NCBI GenBank assembly: GCA_027491415.1
Contig: JAOZFH010000006.1
Span: 1-43,600, forward strand
Direction of reading: 5' to 3'
DNA length: 43,600 bases
From: Thermoproteota archaeon
Lineage (GTDB): Archaea > Korarchaeota > Korarchaeia > Korarchaeales > Korarchaeaceae
Part shown: piece after piece, positions 37,215 through 43,600 of the stretch
How positions within the stretch are numbered: position 1 is the first letter of the stretch
How the letters are laid out: each line of letters starts with the position of its first letter
The notes under the pieces: generated by a model
What the model was told of the DNA's origin: nothing
Database searches by the model: none
The model's input: only the letters and a program-made list of their open reading frames with translations
Made by a program: the position numbers and the translations under genes

Positions 37215-38240
37215 TTACCCTCCACCAGCCCAGCGCTCGGGATCCCAGTCCTCGTAGATGGGGACTTGGATCTCGCCGTTGAGTATCTTCTGCTGGGCTT
37301 CTTCCACAGCTGCAACGACGTCCTGTGGGATCTGCTTCTTGAGGGTCGGATTCCAGACGAGCTTAGCCCACCCCTCTTTCATGCCCCAGTTGATTATCCC
37401 TCCGTGGAATGTGCCAGCCCTCACGGAGTCCACCACGTAGCGAACGAACGGCTTGAGATCCCAAGTAACGCTTGCGATGACCACATCCGGCGCGAGGTCG
37501 GTCTGGTTGACGATGTTACCGATCGCGTAGCCCTCGACGCCTGCCTCCTTGAAGGCCTCGAAGACACCGTACCTCTCTGCGTAGATCACGTCGGCTCCAG
37601 CCTCTATCTCGGCGAGGGCCGCCTCTTTAGCCTTGACCGGATCAAACCAACTCTCGAGGAAGATCACCTTGATCTCCACATCCGGGTTGACCGACTTGGC
37701 CCCTGCGCAGAACGCGTTGACGAGCCTGTTGACGTCGGGCACCGGGTATGCCGTGACCACGCCAATGACGTTGGTCTTCGTGAGCTTACCGGCTAATACT
37801 CCAGCCAGGTAAGCCGCGTCCTGGATCCAGTAGTCGTACAGCATCACGTTGGGCGGCCACTCGACGTCTGTGGGGCCAGAGCCTTGGGCGAAGTACACGT
37901 TCGGAAACTCCTTGGCCAGCTTTCTGGTTACCTCGTTGTACCCCCAGCTGTGGGGAAATATCACCTGATATCCCTCGGCTATGTACTCCCTTATCACCCT
38001 CTCCACGTCCGCCGTGTCCACCTTCTCCGTGTAGACGTACTCGATGTTCAGCTCCTGCTCGGCCCAGGTCATAGCCTCGTGCAGGGCAGTGTTCCAAGGC
38101 TCCTCTATGGGGGTCACGTAGATGACAGCCACCTTGAGCTTCTCCTCCTGGGGCGCTGAACCCTTGGTTGCAAAGTAGGCCCCGGCGGCCACCAAAACTA
38201 TGAGGACGGCCACAATAATGCCCAAGTACCTGCTACTCAG
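37215..38240 (-). CDS. BMP-family substrate-binding protein
   Basis: N-terminal TM anchor, AYLAGVLAG, NAF.AGA and WFDP.K.KEAA motifs; start is CTG 38240 (good SD) or TTG 38225. Confidence 0.9.
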   Translation of the reverse strand: MSSRYLGIIVAVLIVLVAAGAYFATKGSAPQEEKLKVAVIYVTPIEEPWNTALHEAMTWAEQELNIEYVYTEKVDTADVERVIREYIAEGYQVIFPHSWGYNEVTRKLAKEFPNVYFAQGSGPTDVEWPPNVMLYDYWIQDAAYLAGVLAGKLTKTNVIGVVTAYPVPDVNRLVNAFCAGAKSVNPDVEIKVIFLESWFDPVKAKEAALAEIEAGADVIYAERYGVFEAFKEAGVEGYAIGNIVNQTDLAPDVVIASVTWDLKPFVRYVVDSVRAGTFHGGIINWGMKEGWAKLVWNPTLKKQIPQDVVAAVEEAQQKILNGEIQVPIYEDWDPERWAGGG

Positions 38241-38394
38241 GCTGCCTCCCCCCTAAGGCTGAGCCTCTAGGCTCGGATGCTTTTAAACTATGGTAGTCGG
38301 TCAGAACAATACCTCTGACTGTTTAACTTCAGCTGATCTCCTTTCTGATGATCCATCTCTCTGAGGCCGTCTCCTAAGCTTCGGATCTCGTGAG

Positions 38395-40344
38395 TCAGAC
38401 CAACCTCGACTTGAGCTTCTCCAATAGGTTCTTGTGCCTATCGGCGACGACGAGGCCGTCCATCTTCTCCACAACCTCTTGGAAGCGGAACAGGTCAAGG
38501 TGAGGCAGGTACATAGAGGCCATGAACTCCTCTTGGAACCTGGGATGAGCCGCCAGTTCATAATACCTGATCTTCTGCGCGATTTCCCAGCACTCTCTTC
38601 TCTTGTCGATTGATATGAGAGCAACCCTTGCTCCTACACCAGCAGCGTTTCCCACCTGCGTTATCTTCTCCAGTGGAAAGTCTGGCAGCATCCCGATCCT
38701 CTTGGCGCTGGCTGGGTCGATGTAGAGCCCAAACGCCCCTGCCATGAACACCCGCTCCACGTCCTTCACAGAAACCCCCATTTCGCTCATGAGGATCGAG
38801 GCCCCGGTGTGCATGGCCGCCTTCGCCTTCTGGAGCTCTCTGACGTCCCGCTGCGTGATCACTATATCCTTCCCAATTGCCGTCTCGTCTGCAAAGGCCA
38901 GGATGAACTCCATTCCGTCTGGTCCCTTTCTGATCCTCTCATGCTCGCGCTCCAGTATCTTGCCGGTCGTGTCTATCACTCCGGCGCTCAACATCTCTGC
39001 TAGGGCGTCCACGATGCCCGACCCACAGATCCCCTTCGGGCTCACCCCGTCTACCACAGAGTATTTCACGTCGAGGGTGTTGGGGTCGATCCACACCCTC
39101 TCGATGGCCCCTGAGGTGGCCCTCATCCCGAACTTTATGTGAGCTCCCTCGAAGGCCGGCCCGGATGCGCAAGAGACCGCGTGCATCTCATCCGAATTTC
39201 CTATCACGATCTCTGTGTTAGTACCCACGTCTATCATGAAGGAGAGTTCGCTTGACAGGTGAATTCCCGTGCTGAGCACATCAGCCACAGCGTCCGCCCC
39301 AACAAAGCCGGCGACGTTGGGCAGCAGGTGAACGTTTCCAGTTGGGAGCATCTCCACTCCAAGGTCACAGGCCCTAACATCGAGCGGGCTGTCGATCACT
39401 GGGGTGTAAGGCGCCTCAGCCAAGTCACGGGGGGGGAGACCCAAGAAGAGGTGGTGCATGAGCGTGTTGCCAGCCACTACGAGTTCGACGACCAGCCTCG
39501 GGTCGACTCGGGCAGACTCGCAGGCCTCACGAATGAGGCCGTTGATTCCCTGAATGATCACCCTATGAAGCTCTCTGAACCCCTCTTCCGTCCTGCTGTG
39601 AGCTATCCTGGCGATGACGTCTTCTCCAAACGGAATCTGTGGGTTGGGAGCGGAGGAGACGGAGACCAGCTCGCCGCTCCGCAGGTCCACTAGATAGCCC
39701 GCCAGCTTTGTCGTCCCTATGTCTACGGCGAATCCGTAGAGTCTCTCATCTTCTCCCGGTCTCACGTCTAGCAACCCGACATCCGTATGCCACACTATCG
39801 TGACGGTCCAGTTTCCCTTCTTGACGGCACGTGGGAGGTACCTCAGCACACGCAGATCCGCCCGAAGGCTTCCTTTGTGGGGGAGTTTACTGATCAGGCG
39901 TTCGAAGTGAGCCCTCGGGTCGCTGAGACTGGGCTTTGGGAGCTTTAGAACAGCGATGTGGGCGGCAGGGTTGAGCTCGACTTCTACATGCTTGCCCTCA
40001 ACAAGCAACCTCTGCCTCCCGCTTCTACTCTGCTCCGGAACTTCCACGACAACCTTTCCCCTGCCAGAGAACCTGGCCTGGCACGCCAGCCTGAACCCGG
40101 CCCTCAGCTCACCTGGTTCCAGGTACCTCTCTTCGCTAGAGCTTGGAGGGCTCAGCAACTCTCTCCCCTCTCTGATTATCACCTTGCACTTCCCACAGAG
40201 TCCGAGTCCTCCACAAATTGACGTTATATCGACTCCCAGGTCTTTAGCGGCCTCCAAGATGGTTTTGTCAGTAGAATACCACCCTCGGCGGCCTTCAGGT
40301 TGAAAAATGGCTAGGAGACCCCGTTTCTTGGTTGGATAATCCAT
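38395..40344 (-). CDS. ASKHA-type reductive activator of corrinoid proteins (RACo/DUF4445) with N-terminal [2Fe-2S] domain
   Basis: CGGLGLCGKC..RLACQ, DIGTTK, GFVGAD, DVGTNTE, GPAFEG, GICGSG, AGAFG and GNAA motifs. Confidence 0.93.
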   Translation of the reverse strand: MDYPTKKRGLLAIFQPEGRRGWYSTDKTILEAAKDLGVDITSICGGLGLCGKCKVIIREGRELLSPPSSSEERYLEPGELRAGFRLACQARFSGRGKVVVEVPEQSRSGRQRLLVEGKHVEVELNPAAHIAVLKLPKPSLSDPRAHFERLISKLPHKGSLRADLRVLRYLPRAVKKGNWTVTIVWHTDVGLLDVRPGEDERLYGFAVDIGTTKLAGYLVDLRSGELVSVSSAPNPQIPFGEDVIARIAHSRTEEGFRELHRVIIQGINGLIREACESARVDPRLVVELVVAGNTLMHHLFLGLPPRDLAEAPYTPVIDSPLDVRACDLGVEMLPTGNVHLLPNVAGFVGADAVADVLSTGIHLSSELSFMIDVGTNTEIVIGNSDEMHAVSCASGPAFEGAHIKFGMRATSGAIERVWIDPNTLDVKYSVVDGVSPKGICGSGIVDALAEMLSAGVIDTTGKILEREHERIRKGPDGMEFILAFADETAIGKDIVITQRDVRELQKAKAAMHTGASILMSEMGVSVKDVERVFMAGAFGLYIDPASAKRIGMLPDFPLEKITQVGNAAGVGARVALISIDKRRECWEIAQKIRYYELAAHPRFQEEFMASMYLPHLDLFRFQEVVEKMDGLVVADRHKNLLEKLKSRLV

Positions 40345-40417
40345 CCAACCATCGTTATGGTTCAACTAACTATAATAGTTTGATCCCCTTGCCCCCGGTA
40401 GGCAGGGTGGGTCTGCC
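40345..40417. promoter_or_regulatory. Divergent promoter region with two short palindromes
   Basis: AACCAT-cgtt-ATGGTT (40347-40362) and AACTAT-a-ATAGTT (40368-40380). Confidence 0.5.
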
Positions 40418-41074
40418 ATGAGTGAGGGGGAGGCTATCCTGAGGGGTTTAGCCGAGTCTGTGATCGATGGCGACGAGGACCGCGCGCGGGAGTTTGCAAA
40501 GAAAGCGGTCGATGCCGGGATAGACCCGCTGACAGCGATAAAGGAGGGTCTCATGAGTGGCATGAAGGTGGTCGGCGACCGGTTCTCCCGGCTTGAGATC
40601 TTCCTTCCCGAGGTTCTTCTCGCCGCAGACGCCATGAAGGCGGCTCTTGAGATTCTGGAGCCGCTCATAGTGAAGGAAGAGAGGGAAAAGCTCACGCTGG
40701 GTAAGGTGGTCATAGGCACAGTGCAGGGCGACATCCACGACATCGGGAAGAACATCGTGGCCATGCTGCTGAAGGCGAACGGCTTCGAGGTTTACGACCT
40801 CGGCAGAGACGTTCCAATAGACGAGTTCATCAACAAGGCCGAGGAGGTCGGGGCAGACATAATCGCGATTTCGACCCTCCTGTCGACCTCAATGCCGTAC
40901 ATGGAAGATGTGATAAGGCTCCTGAAGGACAGGGGGCTTAGAGAGAAGTATAAGGTTATGGTGGGCGGAGGTCCCGTCACGAGGGAATTCGCGGAGGAGA
41001 TAGGAGCGGACGGGTACGGGGACAACGCCGAGGAGGCCGTCGAGGTGGCCAAGAAGCTCCTTGGGAGGGCGTGA
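40418..41074 (+). CDS. Methyltransferase cognate corrinoid protein (MtmC/MtbC/MttC family)
   Basis: FLPEVLLAADAM cap, GDIHDIGKNIV (DxHxxG), DLG.DV and MVGGGP motifs. Confidence 0.95.
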   Translation: MSEGEAILRGLAESVIDGDEDRAREFAKKAVDAGIDPLTAIKEGLMSGMKVVGDRFSRLEIFLPEVLLAADAMKAALEILEPLIVKEEREKLTLGKVVIGTVQGDIHDIGKNIVAMLLKANGFEVYDLGRDVPIDEFINKAEEVGADIIAISTLLSTSMPYMEDVIRLLKDRGLREKYKVMVGGGPVTREFAEEIGADGYGDNAEEAVEVAKKLLGRA

Positions 41075-41077
41075 AAA

Positions 41078-42448
41078 ATGGTGCTCTCCATCTGGGAAGT
41101 GCTGGACCTGGCCGAGAGCGGCCCCTACATGAGCGAGAGAGACTTCGACCTCAAGGTCGTCGCGAGGCTCTGCAGGGAGCTGGTCAAGGAGTACGACATA
41201 AGGTACGACCCAGAGCAGATAGTGACGAGCGACGACAGCCTCGCGGACGATGTCTTCGAGGCCGGCTTCAGGCTCGCCGTAGAGACTGGAATTTACTGCA
41301 TCAACACGAAGAGGATCATAAGATTCACGGAGGAGCAGATCAAGGAGGGCATCGAGTCGGCGCCTGAGCAGATAACTGTCGGGTGGGGCAAGGACGCGAG
41401 GGTCCTCTACGCGAGGAAGGTAGAGGACTCCAGGTACCCCATCATAATGGGCGGCCAGGCTGGGGCGCCGATACCGGAGGAGTTCCACCTCCCGATGGCC
41501 ATGTCATACATTAAGGAGCCCCTGATAGACACGATAAACCACGGCGGGCTAGCGGTGGTCGAGGGAAGAAAGGTCAAAACCGGGAGCCCGCTCGAAGTGC
41601 AGGCCACTAGGAGGGAGCTTCGGAACCTCAAGGAGGCGGCCAGGAGGGCCGGTAGACCAGGCATACACTTCTTGGCGGGGGAGAGCAGCAACACCTGCAT
41701 CGGGGACCTGGCGATTGCCTCCGACGAGTACATGCAGACCACGGACGCCCACCTCATTGCTATCCTAAACGAGCTGAAGACGGACTACGACAGGCTGACC
41801 AAGGCAGTGAACTTCACGGAGTACGGGGCCATGAACGTGACCCTGGTGGACCCAATCATTGGTGGCTACGCTGGGGGACCGGCCGGTGTTGCTGTGAACT
41901 TCGTCGCCTCGTTCCTGCTGGGGAGGCTCCTTTACCAGTCGGTGTACCACATATGCCATCCGATCCACTACAAGATCGTGAGCACCAGCGCCCCGGAGGG
42001 CATGTGGGAGCTCAGCGTCGTCGGTCAGGCGATGGCCAGGCACACCCCATTCATAATCATGGGGGACGTATGGACGTCGGCCGGCGCCGGGACCGAGATG
42101 ATATTCTACGAGATCACGGCGAACACGGTCACGAACGTCGTGACCGGCACGCACCCGCTGGGCGTCTCGGCCACCAACGGCACCTACCCGAACGCCAGCG
42201 GCCTGGAGACGAGATTCATGGCCGAGGTGGCTAGGGCCACCGTGAAGGCGGGCCTGAAGAGGTCGGAGGCCAACGAGATCGTGCTAGAGATGCTTAAGAG
42301 GTACAAAGACAAGCAGGAGAAGCCGGACATAGGGAAGCCGTTCCCAGAACTCTACGACGTGGCCACAGTGACCCCCAGGGAGTGGTGGCAGGACCTGTAC
42401 AACAGGATGAAGTCCGAGATCGCCACCCTGACGGGCCTCCCGCTCTGA
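41078..42448 (+). CDS. mtmB: MtmB-family corrinoid methyltransferase without pyrrolysine (paralog 1)
   Basis: DDSLADDVFEAG, AGRPG, LNELK, PIIGGYAGG, G.E.RFM.EVARA and GK.F.E.YD..TVTP motifs; no in-frame TAG. Confidence 0.9.
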   Translation: MVLSIWEVLDLAESGPYMSERDFDLKVVARLCRELVKEYDIRYDPEQIVTSDDSLADDVFEAGFRLAVETGIYCINTKRIIRFTEEQIKEGIESAPEQITVGWGKDARVLYARKVEDSRYPIIMGGQAGAPIPEEFHLPMAMSYIKEPLIDTINHGGLAVVEGRKVKTGSPLEVQATRRELRNLKEAARRAGRPGIHFLAGESSNTCIGDLAIASDEYMQTTDAHLIAILNELKTDYDRLTKAVNFTEYGAMNVTLVDPIIGGYAGGPAGVAVNFVASFLLGRLLYQSVYHICHPIHYKIVSTSAPEGMWELSVVGQAMARHTPFIIMGDVWTSAGAGTEMIFYEITANTVTNVVTGTHPLGVSATNGTYPNASGLETRFMAEVARATVKAGLKRSEANEIVLEMLKRYKDKQEKPDIGKPFPELYDVATVTPREWWQDLYNRMKSEIATLTGLPL

Positions 42449-42476
42449 TCCGCCCATCCACGACGTGGTGATCCTC

Positions 42477-43600
42477 GTGAAGAACAGGATGCTAGATATC
42501 GAGGATAAGGCATTCAGGAGCGGCCCCTACTGCGAAGAGAGAGAGTTTGACAGGATGATGATCCGCCGAATAAGGGAGCTGGTCAAGGAGTACGACATAA
42601 GGTACGACCCAGATCAAGTGATTCCCAGCGACGACAGCCTCGCCGACGCTGTCTTCGAGGCCGGCTTCAGGCTCTTCCTCGACCTGGGCGCCTACTGCAT
42701 GGAGACCAAGAGGAGGATACTGTTCACCGAGGAGGAGGTCTGGGAAGCCCTGCGTCAGCTCCCGGAGCACTATGTCATGGGAGAGGGGAAAGACCGCATT
42801 GTGATGAGGGCTCGGAAGCCAGAGGATCCAACCCCTCCGGTCCTGCACGGCGGTCCAACCGGCACGCTCTGCTCTGAGGGCGACGTTTACCTCAAGACCC
42901 TCATCTCATACGCCAAGGAGCCGGTGGTCGACTCCCTAGGCGCGGGATCCCTCAGGACCGTGAACGGCGTCGTCATCAGGACCGCCTCGCCACTCAACTT
43001 TCGGGCCGCCAGGATCGGCGCCGAGATGGCCAGGGAGGCCCTCATCCGGGCCGGAAGACCCGGTCTGCACATAAACGACGTCGCCGTGGTGGTCCCCGAG
43101 GCCAAGCTCGCCGCCCTAGATCCACACAGGGGGATAAGGCCCTCTGACGGTCTTCTAGTCTCCCAAATGGTCGAGCTCAAGGTGAGCCTCCACCACCTGT
43201 CCCTGGTGGAGCACCTGCTGGCCTACGGGTGCTTCATCAGCGACCTGATGACGCCAATTCAAGGAGGATACGCAGGCGGGCCCGAGGGAACCGCCATCGT
43301 GACGGTCGCGGAGCACCTCCTGGGCCTAATGTGCTACCACGCGGAGTATCACTTCCTCAGCCTCACGCACATGCTGACACTCAATAACACGGACAGGGGT
43401 GGCCTCTGGATAGTCAGCATCGTAGGCCAGGCGCTGTCTAGGAACACTAGGATACTGAGCGCCTACGACTGCTACGTTAGCTCGGGACCGGGAACTGACA
43501 TGATACTGAGGGAGGTGGCCGCGGGGGGTATAACGGCCTCCGTGAGCGGAATCCACCTTGAAGGAGTCGGGTCCGCCGGAGGTAAACTAGTTGACCACGC
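42477..43600 (+). CDS. mtmB: Second MtmB-family methyltransferase without pyrrolysine, 3' partial (absent from the ORF track)
   Basis: Manual translation from GTG 42477 (GGTGA SD) is open to the window end: DDSLADAVFEAG, AGRPGLHINDV, MVELK, PIQGGYAGGPEG. Confidence 0.88.
   Translation, partial: MKNRMLDIEDKAFRSGPYCEEREFDRMMIRRIRELVKEYDIRYDPDQVIPSDDSLADAVFEAGFRLFLDLGAYCMETKRRILFTEEEVWEALRQLPEHYVMGEGKDRIVMRARKPEDPTPPVLHGGPTGTLCSEGDVYLKTLISYAKEPVVDSLGAGSLRTVNGVVIRTASPLNFRAARIGAEMAREALIRAGRPGLHINDVAVVVPEAKLAALDPHRGIRPSDGLLVSQMVELKVSLHHLSLVEHLLAYGCFISDLMTPIQGGYAGGPEGTAIVTVAEHLLGLMCYHAEYHFLSLTHMLTLNNTDRGGLWIVSIVGQALSRNTRILSAYDCYVSSGPGTDMILREVAAGGITASVSGIHLEGVGSAGGKLVDH

Overview
GC-rich DNA with archaeal signals (TATA boxes, GGAGG/GGTGA Shine-Dalgarno motifs, many overlapping start/stop codons, heavy AGG/ATA codon use), probably from an anaerobic thermophilic archaeon (inference). 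The left half holds the end of nuoN, a small decaying toxin-antitoxin patch (frameshifted HEPN with MNT, intact RHH-VapC), two tungsten aldehyde oxidoreductase loci, a non-canonical transcarbamylase and assorted enzymes. The right half (21.7-43.6 kb) is the notable part. First, a V4R protein plus a radical-SAM-fold/ModE-like HTH fusion precede a tightly coupled cooF-cooS-cooC-hdrA-mvhD(ferredoxin fusion)-hdrC-hdrB-cooT operon with no hydrogenase, suggesting a CO-driven heterodisulfide reductase. Second, a complete corrinoid methyl-transfer module follows (MT2, BMP-type ABC importer, RACo-type activator, corrinoid protein, two MtmB-family methyltransferases lacking pyrrolysine). Inside that module a promoter-preceded 65-nt hairpin (33482-33546) is complementary to the translation-start regions of three module genes, a candidate trans-acting sRNA. 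All product calls rest on motif recognition by eye; no searches were run. No rRNA, tRNA, CRISPR array or transposase was recognised.
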